DNA of 64,000 nucleotides from the human T2T-CHM13v2.0 reference genome, Homo sapiens: NCBI RefSeq assembly GCF_009914755.1, contig NC_060947.1. One strand, given 5' to 3'. The translations under genes were made by a program, and so were the position numbers. The notes below the pieces were generated by a model. The model searched no databases and had not been told where the DNA came from. It worked only from the letters and a program-made list of their open reading frames with translations. Of this stretch, positions 42,208-55,493 are shown one piece after another (position 1 is the stretch's first letter; every line of letters begins with the position of its first letter).

Positions 42208-43485
42208 GTGAGGGGACCGATGGGAAGACCAGTTGAGAGTTCAAAGCAGTGGACGGAAGGCTGAACAGAAGGGCATGCAGGTTCCTGCCAGTTCTGAGAC
42301 TTTGGTGCCTCCCTCTCCCTTTTGCGCACTGAGCACTCTAGCCAGCTTCGTTATCTGTACAGCAGGCCTGAGCATGACTTTCCTCCCCTACTCACTGTTG
42401 GGCTCCCATAAGACAATACGTGGAAGCCCTGGCACATAATAGATGAGCAGCCAATGCCAGCTCTGTTCCCTGTGAGGGGCGACGTGCTGTGGTGTTCCTT
42501 AGAGTCACACTGCGTGGCTCTTATCCTGATTTGGTCACTACTTAGCTATATGGCCATGAGTAGATCACTTCCTCCCTCAGAGTTGCCACATCCTTGTACG
42601 TAGAATACAGCCGGTCACATTCCTGTCTTCCTTTTAGTCCCTCTTGTGAAATTGTGCCAGACTGAGGCCTCTCTACCCTGGAGCCAGGAAGCACAGTTTT
42701 CTCTCAGAGCACAAAGCTCTGCCTTGGCTCGGTCCCTTGGGGAAGTTGGGAAGGACCTGATGCCTAAGACTTCCCAGAGGTCTCCAGATGGGTCCTCTTC
42801 ATTCAATATGACAATGCCCTCTGTTGTTGGCCTGGGAAATCACTGAGAAGAAAATCAGAAGCAAGTACAGCCTCCTTTCTTGAAAAGTGTTAATGAAACT
42901 GTTAACTTTTACATCTGGTTCTCTGCTGTTGTCCTAAGCCTATTTATTAGTATATCATGTAATGTGGTTCTAGAAGGGCAAATATGAGAACACGGGGAAT
43001 CCCTGAGTGTCTGTTCCTGAATCCTTTCTCCCCACTTCCTCTTCCTACTGACCAATTGGTCTCTATTCTTTTATGGTCTTCATTTCTGACTTTCCGCTGC
43101 CTCATCAGCCTGCAGCCTCAACATTTTGGTCTCTAAAATGGGTTTCATGTGAAGGTGAAAGGAGTGAGGCTTAGCCCAGTATGTGGCTTGTAATAAGTGC
43201 TTAACAAAGGTTAGCTATAATTACAATTATTTAAAATAATTTTAAAAAGTGCTGATTTTTTTCTCATGGACATTGTTTTTTCCCACATAATTGATCATCT
43301 AAATTGTAAGACTGTGATTTTTCCACAACACTCAATAGACTTATTTTTAATCCCAAAGACAAAAAGCAGCCAATCCACCCATTTCTTTGTGCTGCCTCAT
43401 CTAGTCCATGGGCAAACCTTGCTCCTTCCAAGCCCAAACACTGATCCCTGAGAACCAGCATGGGCAAGCAAGCTCCAGGCCCTTT

Positions 43486-43737
43486 CAGGGTCAACCTCTC
43501 CATTAGGTACAGTAGGCTATGAGACTTTTAAGGACACACAAGATAATTAAACTTATTTTAAAATCAGAAGGAAAGAAATGAACTTTTAGATTAAAGACAA
43601 TATTTTCTTATATAATAATGTATTCATCTTTATACCAACACAATCATAAAATATAATTATCATTATTTATTTGTAATTGAAGAAGGGCCCCATGAAGGCA
43701 AAAATGTTCAGGGTTCCTGGAAGTCACAGAGCAGCTG
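43486..43737. mobile_element. ORSL-like hAT-Tip100 non-autonomous element
   Basis: cagggtc..ccattaggtacagtagg...aaaatcagaagg...gggccccatgaaggcaaaa resembles my recollection of ORSL. Confidence 0.55.
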
Positions 43738-43947
43738 CCCCATGTCAACAAGAGGAGACAAAAGATAGAGACAATGGCTTCACTTCCATCTTCCAAATAA
43801 CACCTGAATTTCATGTGGCTCCTGCTGAATGAGAACTGTTTAGGGGAAGGGAATTCCAGCCATCAAAGCTTCAGCTTCACTCAACTGGCATGGAACAAGG
43901 CTGCCGCCACCATTTTTAGCACTCTGAATAAATATAGTGTCTAGTAA

Positions 43948-43992
43948 CAAACCTTCACATTTCCCTGAACTTAAAATAAAAGTTAAAAAAAG
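43948..43992 (+). mobile_element. Tiny L1 3'-tip
   Basis: aaaccttcacatttccctgaacttaaaataaaagttaaaaaa. Confidence 0.6.
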
Positions 43993-44406
43993 TAAAAGGT
44001 TTTCCATTCAACTAAAAGGTGTGTTTGGTAATGCACACATTGTTATTGTTGCTGTTATTATTTTGCTGCTACATGTTGGAAACTTTGTTTCCTTATTAAG
44101 AATATAAATAAAATGAGTTACTTTGTGTTTCTTTCAATATAAGAATAAATAAATGTAGTGTCTAAGTGGAGGAGCAGCAGGGGCTGGAAATCTAGAAAAC
44201 CCCCGCACCCTGAAACTGGCCACGGGTTCTGCTTTACAGGGCTCGTGGGGTGTGCGGCAGCTTTGCACCTCAACACTCCAGCACTTCCTCCTCACAGATT
44301 TCCCATTACCCTGTAATCTATAAGTTCAGGACCTCACCAGCCTGCAGAGATAGGGTCCCAGAACATTAACAAGCTAGTCGCCTGCTTCTCGCCCTATCTA
44401 TTCACC

Positions 44407-44468
44407 CAGGCTCCCTCCCCACCCCCTGAATATTTCAGGCTCCCTCCCCACCCCCTGAATATTTCAGG
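44407..44468. repeat. Perfect 29-bp tandem duplication
   Basis: caggctccctccccaccccctgaatattt x2 + cagg. Confidence 0.95.
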
Positions 44469-44993
44469 GAGTCCCCAAAGGAGCTTATATAAGTGTTCAC
44501 AAATGTTTCTGTCATCTCATCACCATCTGGGGTCTACCCCATTCTTTCTCTCCAGAATCCATTCCCATTTGTTAACATGGGCTGCCCAGGAATCCCCTTA
44601 CAGAAACCATGGCACCATGTGGCTTAGAGTGCCCCTGGTGGGCAGGCCAAAGGCTGTGCCAAGCGTCTGGCCCTGACACCACACAAACTGCCCAGGCCTC
44701 CTCAGGACACAGTAGAATTCAGTTCTGGCAAGAAAAGAGAGAGCAGCCCCAGCCCTACCTCTTGGGTACATTTTGTTCTCTAGGCTCTGTGAAGCAATAT
44801 GTACTGGGCCTAGAGGTCATCAGTCAATCAACAGAGTTGTAACTCAAGCTGCTTTGGGTGAAGTGGCTGCTCCTGGGATTCACAGTCCTAGCCACCCAGT
44901 TCCTCCATGCTTCTTCCTGCCACCTGGGGGCCCCACCAGGCCTCAGGCTGGGGAATGCCTTGACGCTCTGTCCCTGCATGTCTGGGAGAACTC

Positions 44994-45207
44994 TTTTTTT
45001 TTTTTTTTTAATGATTATACTGTAAGTTCTAGGGTACATGTGCACAATGTGCAGGTTTGTTACATATGTATACATGCGCCATGTTGGTGTGCTGCACCCA
45101 TTAATTCGTCATTTACATTAGGTATATCTCCTAATGCTATCCCTCCCCCCTCCCCCCACCCCACGACAGGCCCCGGTGTGTGATTTTCCCCTTCCTGTGT
45201 CCAAGTG
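44994..45207 (-). mobile_element. Short L1PA5-like 3' end with perfect TSD
   Basis: L1 3' UTR; TSD tgggagaactctttt at 44983-44997 and 45208-45222. Confidence 0.95.
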
Positions 45208-48073
45208 TGGGAGAACTCTTTTGACTGTCTGCAAATCCCCAAGCTGAGCCCTCAGCACTTGACTTGGAGGTTGAGAGTTAACATACATACCCACGTAGCC
45301 CTTTTCCTTATCTCCACCCCCAGAAGGTGCAATGCTCCTGCCCCAGCATCCTTCTCTCAGTTGAGATGAAGGCTCAGCCCACGCTCTCAGGAGGGACACC
45401 CCCTCCCAACCCTCTTCATCCATCACCAGATTAGAGAACATAGAAATCTCAGCCAGGTCTTCATGTTCCAATCAGGGATCTGGCTGTTCTTGTAACCTTC
45501 TGGAAACTTTCACAATAATGCTAACTATGTTGAGCACTGTCCACAATTTGGCCAAATTTGAGCATTCCATAGATTGTGATACAGAAGATAGGGGTTGTCA
45601 TAGCAAGATGAGTGTCTTACAGCTCAGTGTGGGGTCCTGCTACCAGGGTCTCACAAGAGATCAGCAGCACGGGAGTAGAACAATTCAAAAAATAGCAACT
45701 CTTTTTGGAACAGCGTTTCCTTGGAGCTTGGGAAATGATGATGCCTTACTCTTCACAACAAACACAGGTTACTGAGACAAATACTAATCAAGGCAGCTCA
45801 TCTCTTGTGCCCTCTGCATCCCATTCTTCATTGACATTGGCTGTCATAGTCATTCCAATTCAACTTGACCTCAGTTCACGTGGGAGAAGAGATGTACCAG
45901 AACAGAACATCTCGTGGTGTGCAGGCTAGCAGCACTCACTGTACACAAAAGACAGGGATCTGAGTTCAAGTCCCTACCTTTTGCCTTTGGCGGTGATATG
46001 CGATCGTGGGGGATGCTGTGCAAGTAAGTCAGGTTTCCAGGTTGCAATTGGACAGATATACGGTGTGAGAAATTTGGCTGCTGAGAGCTTGATTGTAATG
46101 AAGTCCTTCCAGGGACTCAAGGAGCCTGTCCCCTTTGGAGGCTGCCCCTTCCTCAGCTGGCTCTTGCTCTATGAAGGATATATGCTAGTAGCAGGGGGTA
46201 CCTCTCAGGGCTGTGGGCTTCCCAGCGACCCCTCTTCTTGAAGAACACCAACCTCAGGTAGGATCTTGCATGTGCTTAGAAGAGGTAAGGGATTTTAGGG
46301 GATCAATGCCTGAATGGGTTCTGACTGCACAGCTAAGGGAGTTCCTGCCATCTGGTTTCTGTTATGCAAATCTGTATAACCAAATCAGGGTCACCTTTCC
46401 ATGGGGTCTCAGGGTGGTAGTGAGAAGGGTGCTTTCTCAGGATGAGGAGCTGGACTCACTCATTGCCTTCCCCACATTACTGTGGTCAGTTGTCCCCTGC
46501 TAAAGCTCTAGTCATTAGCTGTCAGAAACATCTAGAAATTTCCTTGGACTTCCAAAGGTGAATTGACAAAGGACAGCAGCTCATAGCATTGCCCAGCAGA
46601 ATGGCTTGATGGTCAGGGGCATTCCCTGAGATTGAAATGCAGCTTCTACCAAGGGCCTCCTTCCTGCCTCCCTTGTCTAGACCAGGAATTCATTTCAGAG
46701 CTATTTCCCTCGTGTTGACATTGCCCCCACTCCCTTGTCAAAACAAGTAAAAAATCAAAAGGTAGATAAACATAATTTTAAATTGTAAAATAAGTTAGAA
46801 GATAACATCCTGAAAGGAAAATGGATTGACTGGCAAAAAACAAACAGAACCAATAACAAAGACAATGACCAGAAGACAACACTCCCACATGGGGCCCAAA
46901 GAGGTGAGTGGCCACAGTTCTGGGCAGCAATTGCCCTGTGGCCAGCTAGGGCTAAGCTGAAATTTCTGCAAGGTCCTCTGCAAGAGGTATTTTCCAAGGT
47001 TTGGGGGCTACAGATTCAGGACTAGAGGTAGGGGTCCCACTTCAGGACAGAGATATGGGGACCCTGGTGGTTCACTCAGCTGTTCTTTCTGCCCACAATG
47101 GCAATGCCCACTAAGCCATGAGCTTGGCCTTCCTCTTCCCATGGCTAGCCCCTAAGCCTTTTATTGCATTTCAGGTCCCCATCAGAAATTTCAGCAGGGC
47201 TCCCGCCTCTTCTCAGATGCTCTCTCAGGCACCTCTGACCCAACAGGCCAATGTCTGGAAGTGGTTAGTAACTGTGGTCCTTTTACTAGCAGCCCAAGTG
47301 GCTTACATGAATGCTTACATTTTGTATTTCACAGCAGCTTTCAGCCCTTGATTCCATAGTGGCCTGCCCAGAGGGACAAGTTCTTCTGCTCAACACGGCA
47401 GTCCTTTCTGCCTTCTTTAATGTTTAGTGGAGAAGACTCCTAGGGCACAAGTGGGTAGTCCACAGATAAAGTGAGAGTAGGCTGTGGCCATGGCCTGAAG
47501 TCATAGCTTACTCTTTCCTGGAAGGCACAGTGGTGGAATGACACCACCAGCATATGGGTAATCTCCCCTAGGGGCACTGCACCTCACAACTCTAGAAGGC
47601 AACACCACATTGTCTTCTAGGCATAATTTTGGGCAATTGTTGCTCTGTGGCCAATCAGGGCCAAGCTAGATTCCCAGCAGGGTCCCCAGAGGTATTTTCA
47701 AGGTTTGGGGGCCACAGACTCTACCCCAAGCTGCAAATAGCAGCCCTTGAAACACAACACTTGGGGTTGGACAACACCATGACTGTGGAACCACAGTCCT
47801 GGTTTTCAATATTGTGTCCCATTTGTTGGCAGTCTGTATAGCAGGCCATGTGCCTTGCCTGCTTTCCCCTCTTTCCAGATGCCTCCTCAAAAGCAGATGG
47901 AAGGCAGCACTTCTTGAAACAGTCCTTCTAATTTTATCAACTAGACCTGCTTCATTGTGCCTGCTTTGGGTCGGCCCTGTGTTAGGGTCTGGAGTGCCAC
48001 TTGGCCTCACTGCCTGTGGGACTCAGTCTGATGGAGGATACTTGTATCTGTCCGAAATGATCCCTAAGGTGCT

Positions 48074-48143
48074 TTAGGGATCTTTAATGACATTAGGGAT
48101 CTTTAATGACTTAGGGATCTTTAAAGACATTAAATGTCTTTAA
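48074..48143. repeat. 18-19 bp tandem triplication ending in an inverted repeat
   Basis: ttagggatctttaatgac(a) x3; ttaaagacat-taa-atgtctttaa. Confidence 0.9.
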
Positions 48144-48149
48144 TGAAGC

Positions 48150-49810
48150 CTTTTTTATTGTTAAATATTAATATTGCACACAAAGAAAAGTGCTTAAGAC
48201 ATATATATGCAGCTAAACAAATTGTTGTAAACACTAGTGTAAGCATCACCCAGCTCAAGAAATGCAGCATTGACAGCTTCCCCAGAAGCCCCCGCATGCC
48301 CTACAAGTCACAGTCGAGCCCCTCCTTCATCCCTGACTTCTATGAGAATCACTTCCTTCCAATCTTTTGTATTTTACCATATCAAGGTGCATCCCAGATC
48401 ACCATGGATTACCTTTGCTTGCTTTCAAGTTTATAGAAATGGAATAATGCATGTTCCTTTTAAATTCAAATTTTAGTCTTTTAATTTTGAAATACTTATA
48501 GATTCACAGGAAGTTGCAAAAATAGTACAAGAAGGTCCCATGCACCATTTACCTGGTTTTCCCCAATGGTACCATTTTGTTCAACTGTAACATAACATTA
48601 AAACCAGAAAATCGACATTGAGATGTCCACTGACCTTACTCAGATTTCACCACTCATTTGTGTGTGTGTATGTGTGTGTGCATGATACATACACATTCAT
48701 TTGGTCAGTCCTCTTTCACTCAATATTTTGCTTTTAAGATTCATCCATATTTGTTTTCACTGCCAAATAGTATACTTTTCATATGAATGCACCACAGTTC
48801 ATGTGGCCATTCTACTACAACAGACAGTTAGGTAGCTCCAGGGAGATTGGATACTGTGAGCATCATTGCCCATGTCTCCTAATACGCACAAGTACTCATT
48901 TCCTGAGGATATCTATTTCTCTTCTGTCTATATCTATATACAGATATATAAAAGTGGAATTGTTGGGTCATTGGGGACAGCTATCTTCAACTCTGTTAGA
49001 TAATAGAAATGTTTCCTAAATGCCCATCCCCTTATATACTCCCACCAGCAGGCAGCTTGTGAGTTCCAGGGGCTCCATATCCTCATGAACACTTACTGTC
49101 ATTACTCTTGTTAATTTTAGCCATTCTTATGGGTGAGTAGTGAAGCTCATTGTGGTTTTCATTTGCAGTTCCCTGGTTACTAGGAAATGTAGCACCATTT
49201 CACGGTTATTAGCTATTTGGATTTCCTGGCTTGTGAATTACTGGTTAAGCCTTTTGACAGTTTTTCTGTTGAGTTCTCTCTCTTTTTCAAAATAATTTGT
49301 AGCATTTTAAAAATATATTCTAGATATAAGCCCTTTGTCAGTTTTACATGTTGCAGATAACTTCTCTCAGTCTGTGGCTTGCTTTTTCACTCTTTTCATG
49401 CTACCTTTCAAAAACTAGGAATTCTTCATTTTTATATAGTACAGCTTGCCCATCTTTTCCTTATGCTTAGTGTTTTTCATGTCATGTTTAAGAAATCTTT
49501 CCCTACCTTTAGGTCATGAAGATATTCTCCTATATGATCTTCTGAAAGCTTTATAGTTTTACCTTTAACATATAAGTCCTTAATCCATCTGGACTTGATT
49601 TTTGTGTTGATGCGAAATAAGAGTCCTATTTCATTTTCTATCCTGTGGATACCTCAGTATCCCTGCACAATTGATTGAGAAGACTATCCCTTCTCCACTC
49701 CTGTGCAGTGTCTCCTCTGTTATAAATTAAACTTTACGTATGCATGGCTGTATCTCTGGGCTCACTCTTCTACTCCATCATTCTATTTGTCTTGCCTTAT
49801 ACCAATACCA
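48150..49810 (-). mobile_element. L1ME-type 3' region with a nested L1MC-like 3' end (about 48465-48660)
   Basis: Antisense old L1 (tatactcccaccagca...ttttagccattct...gaagatattctccta); tagattcacaggaagttgcaaaaatagtac. Confidence 0.8.
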
Positions 49811-49869
49811 TGGCAGGCAGAAGTCTCTCAACAGCTATTGACCCAGGCTGTGCTCATTAGGGATTAGAA

Positions 49870-50260
49870 GGATAAAAGTTAGCTATAGTCAGATTAGAAG
49901 GATCTTAAAAATCAATTGGAAAAGCCTGGACCTGACCTGAGGAGCAAAGGAGTGCGCCAGCATGTTACAGAGAAGAGAGATTATGAATGAGCACCTTAGG
50001 AAGATAAATTTGGGAGTCAAGGTAAGTCTCAGTATGGGGCTAAGAAAAGAATATAGAGGTCATTGTAGTGGTCCAAGGCTGAGATCACAGGGAGCGTGGA
50101 TGAAGGAGGTGGCAGTGGAACCAAAAAGGAAGGGATGCATCCAAGAGACATTTAGAAGAGAAAGCTGAAATGATGGCACTTTGTTACGAGTCCATGTAAG
50201 AGGGAGGGGATTAGAAAGGGCAAAATGGCCTGGAAACTGAGGGGTGATTCTGGTTTGATG
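49870..50260 (-). mobile_element. LINE-2 fragment
   Basis: cattgtagtggtccaaggctgag...ggtggcagtgg...agagacatttag. Confidence 0.65.
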
Positions 50261-51570
50261 AAAGAGACCCATAAAGTAGTTGGTGGAGTATGTTTTCCAC
50301 CATTCAATCCTAAAAGTTCAATTTGTGTTCCCAAGAGTCAATCAGAGAAGTCCTGACTGTATAAAGATCATCTTGACAAGGCTGTTGAGCAGGGATACAC
50401 CGCCCATGGCTTGGACTTTTGAGATTTGAAGTGAGACTTTGGGCCATATTCAGGCCCCCTTAGGCATTGTTGATTGGATCTGCTTTGCATTCTGAACACA
50501 ATTTGATCATAAGGACATCCTGAAGCATATGATTTAATCACTAAGCAACTGTGTTTACAAGGCAAAGTTCATTCATATTAAAACAGCAGCAGCCAGAAAA
50601 ATAGCCACCAAAACTAATGGAAAAAACAAAACTTAAAAACAAAAACAAAAAACAGCTAGCTCTGGGTTAAGTCATGGAACTCTATGAACTTAAACATCCA
50701 AAAGGTACTTTGAATATTCGTAAATACATGTAAACACTCGTTTTATTCTGTTGACCTAATATATTTAAATGCATGTAGCATTCTTCCTTGCACTCTCCTA
50801 CCCCTGCTGATATACACCAAAGCATTCAGGTCTAATATTATTACTGAAAAGCCAAAAGCATATTTCCAGATACTGAATGTGTATAAAAAGCAGATGAAGC
50901 AAGTCCCTTGAGAAAATAAAGTCCCATAGATTATGTTGTGAAAAGACAAAAATAGTGTTTGCAACTCAATTACATCACCAATTGGGTTTTTAAAAAGAGA
51001 CCATACACATTTTAGGTCATGAAATCATTCCCTTAATCCTTTAAACAACAAATCAAATTAAAATTTAAGATAAGATTCACTTGGTTAAAAATGATATGGA
51101 AAGCATTGGCAAATAATTAAAAGGGATTTGGTAACGTAATAACTAGCTAATTTAAGCACACATTTAATAAAGAATGGGTTATGGGAGGAGTTAGTGTTTG
51201 TGTTTTTTTCCCATAGGAAGAAAAAAAGCCTGTCATTCTTTGTAAGTACTACTGATGTTTGCAGAAGAAATCTAAGGTGCTATGAGAGCATGTGAGCGCA
51301 TCCTGGGCGGCAGGTGTGGAGTAAGCCAATCTAGACCCTGGAGATGTCCCCTGAAAGACTGCCAGAGTCCACAGTCAAAGGAGGCGAAAATGCAGCATTT
51401 CCAGGAAGTTGTCATCTTGAAGTTTCTGGAGCCACCTCTCATTTGTTCTGTAGTGTGAGAGCCAATGCTGACTTTTCTTCTGGGTCTCAGCAATCCTATG
51501 CTCAAGCGGTTCAACTTACACAGGTAGAAAAACCAGAACTCACAAGTGTTCTGAACCTAGATACTTACCC

Positions 51571-51845
51571 CTCTCATTCATTCATTCACTCGCTCATACA
51601 CTTACTCATCCATACATTCGCTCATTCATTCTCACACACACACTCCTACACATTCACTCATTCGTTCATTCTCCACTCACACACTCACTCATTCATTCAT
51701 TCTCCATTCACTCACACAAACATACTCACACCCTCAGCCATTCACTCGCTCACACATTCATTCATCCCTTGACTCATACACACAGTCATTCACTCATCCA
51801 TTCACACACATGCTCACTCGCTCATTCACTCACTCACTCATTTCA
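51571..51845. repeat. Degenerate (TCAT/TCAC/CA)n low-complexity tract, probably an expanded L2 tail
   Basis: About 270 bp of tcattcactcacac variants followed by antisense L2 3' sequence. Confidence 0.85.
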
Positions 51846-52059
51846 CAAACATTCCTTGAGTGAATGCCTCATGCTGTGGGGGCTGTAGAAAAGACCAGCC
51901 CTTGGCTCCATACTCTCAGGCAGTTTATTCCCTTGTGAGAGACACGAATACAAATGAAGTAGCCATACCACGAGGCAGAGGAAAATAAGGATAATTTGGG
52001 GTAAGAAAATGCAGGGCAAGCAGAAGGAGAATTTAAATCCACCTCTAAAATTCTACATA

Positions 52060-52220
52060 ATGCACTTCTCTTGTTTACCTCTCTTCCCATCTAGAATGTC
52101 AGCTCCTTGAAGGCAGGGGTTTTTATCTGCCTTGTTCGCTGCTATATTCCCTATGCCAAAAACAGTGCTTGGCACATGGCGGGTACTCATTAAAAGATCT
52201 GTTGAATAAATAAGTGAATT
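52060..52220 (+). mobile_element. L2 3' end
   Basis: ctagaatgtcagctccttgaaggcaggg...cagtgcttggcacatgg...gttgaataaataagtgaat. Confidence 0.85.
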
Positions 52221-54845
52221 AGGGGAGGAAGCAGGAGAGCTCCCTTTGGAAATGCTTCACACAGGAAAGAATCCTGGAGTTGGACCTTGCCAAAAGAGAA
52301 GGGTCTTGGTGGACAGCTGGAGTTAAATGGCGTTTTGGTCTGAGGGAACAGCTGAAGTGATGGCCCGGGGAGGGGAAATTGCATGGTGTGTTCAGGGAAC
52401 AGAGTTGTCCAGCATAGAGGAATGTAGGACACAAGGTGACAGTGGTGTCAGATAAAGTTAGGACAAGATCACTGAGAGCTTTCAAAGCCAGGTGGCAGTG
52501 CTGTGTGTTTTCCTGCAGGTGTTGGGCTCTGGCGAAAGAAATTTGACATCCACTTACTGAGAAGGCTGACTGCATGCAGAGCCTCACATACTGGGAGACG
52601 GCAGAAGAGCTCTGATTCCATTTACCAAGTACTTATTGAGCATCCACTATGTCCACAGATAAAACTATTAGCAGAAGGTGTAGCAGGAAGGGCTCTGGCA
52701 GGGATGGAGGCAGGGGGTGGGCCCCAAGCTGGGCCTCCTAGCCTGGCTGTCAGTCCCATGATGGAGACAGGCCAGCTGATCTTAAGGGCCCCTGCAGCCC
52801 TGACATTCTGGGACTCTAATTATAGAAGACAAAGCTTCATTCCAGATAGCTGGGGAAATCCTTGGGTTCAATTTCACCTCCTGGGGCTTGTAGTTCAGCT
52901 GGCACTGAGGCAGTTGAAAAGGAATGGAATGGAAATCCAGAGCCTGCCTCAGCCCGATTGTCTCTCAGCTGACTGTTTGCTTCTAGATGTCAGCAGCTCT
53001 TTTAGGAATGCGGAACAGCAGCCTTTTCACAGGCAAGGGTCCAGGTTTGGTTCCTGATCTTTTCCTTTGCATTGTGAAGAGGGAAGGTCATGTGGGCCAA
53101 GAGGAAATCAAAGACCAGATTCCTTCCAGACTTCCTTTCCAAAAAAGCTCAAAGGAAAGGTAGAGCTGTAGTCATATGGACAGGACCACTCTTCTCATAA
53201 ACAAGTCTCAGCTTTCATGGAAGCCAGTCAAACGGGCAGCTGATAGGGAAGCCCCCATTCCAACAGGCCCCAGCTGGTTGGCCTGTCCTGGGTCTGACCA
53301 AGTGGGGCCCATGGGAGGCCAGTGGCGTTGGGTGTCATTTCTGACACACAAGCCATACCTACACAAAGAAACCAGCTTAGAGAAAAGGGCTATGAACAGT
53401 CAAACAATTGGTTACCGGAAAATCACCAAGACAACTCATGAAAAACAAAATAAATACATGCCTCTAACAAGCTAGTAATCAGTTGCTTTTATGGATTGAC
53501 TGAATCCCACTGTTTCCTTGCAAAGTGTGAGTGTATTAGGGCCCAGAGCAGGAGGCCAATCCCAGGGAGGCCCAGCAAAGTCATTCAGTGTGTTTGAGAT
53601 TGATGAAGTCAAACACTTCCCATCAGTGGAGGGATGTGAGGATGGGAGGGAGGAGGCCAAGACCCAGGAAGGGTAGAGCCTTGGCACCTGATGCTGGCAG
53701 TGCCTTTGCTGAGATGGGAAGCCGAGGTGAAGTCTGGGGTAAAAGGTGAAAGATCCAGCTGGAGAGCCTATGGGATTGACAAGCCCATGGGTCGTCCTGG
53801 AAGAGGGTCAGGGAAGGAGATGGGAAGACAGATCTGGGCTCCAGATGTATATTGGGGATCACCCTTCAGGCATCTCCTCACTGGTCTCCAGGTGGGCCTC
53901 AGTGGGATGTAGGAGGGCAAAGACTGAAGTCCAGGTATGACCACAGTTGGTTTGAATATGGTGCACATATCCAGCAGGCTGTTGTATATATAAGTTGTAT
54001 ATATGTTATATACATATATATAGTTGTTTATATAAGTCTAGAGCTGAGGGAGAGGCAGTGCTTGGAGCCCCAGGGAGTGGCAGTCCCCTCCCCCAACCCC
54101 ACTCCCTCCTCTGGCACCAGGGTCACCAGGGCCACATGGTAGTTTCTGGTTTCACCAAACTCTTCTCAATCCCTGGAGCTCTATGCTGGGGGCTTCTGGG
54201 CTTCCCTGGGGGGGTTTTCTGAGGACCTCTAGCCACTTGCCCTTAGTGGGGACTGGGGGGACCCTGACAGGTCAGACTCTGCTGATGTGTCCTCATTCTC
54301 TGGCTCCATTCTAGTCTTGTGGAGGTGTCACTCTCCAAGGCCCACCCTCAGCCCCAGCAGACCTCTGCCTCCCCAGTGGCTCCCGCTCCTCTTGGCCCTC
54401 TATGGCAGTGATGACGATGATGGCCCTCCATGGCACCTGACGGCAATGGCGAGCTCGGCGGCGGGGAGGGGACAGCCTGGACTGCATGCTGTGTCTCTGC
54501 AGTGCATCCCCACTGTGCTGGGGACACAGAACCACCCACATCTGTGCTGTGGCAGGGCAGGGTTCTGCCCCCAGAGCCCAGGGTCATATCAGTCCCTTGT
54601 ATGTCTTAGCCAGGCCAGGGACGTGCCTATGGGTCTGTGACTGATCTCTCACCTGTTCTCTTTAGAGAGTGGCCCCGCAAAGAGGAGCAGCTGAGAAAGG
54701 CACCAGCCTGCAAATGGCAGAGCCCTCCAGCCTGTGGGCAGGAGCCACTCCTTCGAAGGGCTATGGGAGACAGGTAGACATTCAGGCAGGAGTCCCAAAG
54801 GAACTCAGAGCCCAGGCCCCATCCCTGCATCTCCCTGACAGCCTG

Positions 54846-54977
54846 GGAAGGAGGGAGGGAGGGAGAAACAGAGGGAAGGAGGGAGGGAGAGAAGGAGGGA
54901 GAGAGGGATGGAAAGAAAGGGGAAGAGAGGGAGGGGGGATGGAGGGAGGGGGAGAGAGGGGGAAGGAGGGAAGGAGG
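54846..54977. repeat. Polypurine (GGGA/GGAA)n tract
   Basis: About 130 bp of nearly pure purine on + strand. Confidence 0.95.
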
Positions 54978-55493
54978 TCCATGGTTCCCCTGAGCATCCA
55001 CTGGGAAAGCCCCATCAGCCACCACTGGGGCCGAGGCCGCTGTTTCTGAGATGTGTCTTGTGCTCCCGGGGACAGTGTGCACCCATGGGGCAGATGCCAC
55101 CTTCACCAGGTGAATTTGCAGAAGGACTCAGAGTCACCCAAACCAGGTGGGACATTTTCCCACTCTGACCCCAGCATTATACTGGTTCCTTCTGAGGATC
55201 TTGGACGGGGCTGCTGGGTCCTCCAGAGCCCAGGGCACCTGGGGAGGCCCTGCTGAGAGCCCCAGCTGAGGACTCAGGGACCGCCCCCGCCCCGGGGCCT
55301 TGACTTGCAAGGGACCTCGGGCACAGCCCTGCCTCCTGTGGGCCTGGATCTCCCCACCTGTCAGCACTTTGTGCTGGGGGCCTGCCTGACCCGAGAGGCC
55401 CTGCCTGTCTTTCCCACAGGCTCCCAGAGACTGACCGGCTTAAGGCTCGAGGCGTGCCAGGGCCCCCGGAGTCACCCTGCATCAGCTCTTGCC

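Noticed and set aside
48074-48116. TTAGGG copies as an interstitial telomere
   Set aside because: Single hexamers embedded in an 18-19 bp unit, not tandem TTAGGG
51344-51772. His/Ser/Thr-rich ORF
   Set aside because: Translation of a TCAT/TCAC low-complexity tract
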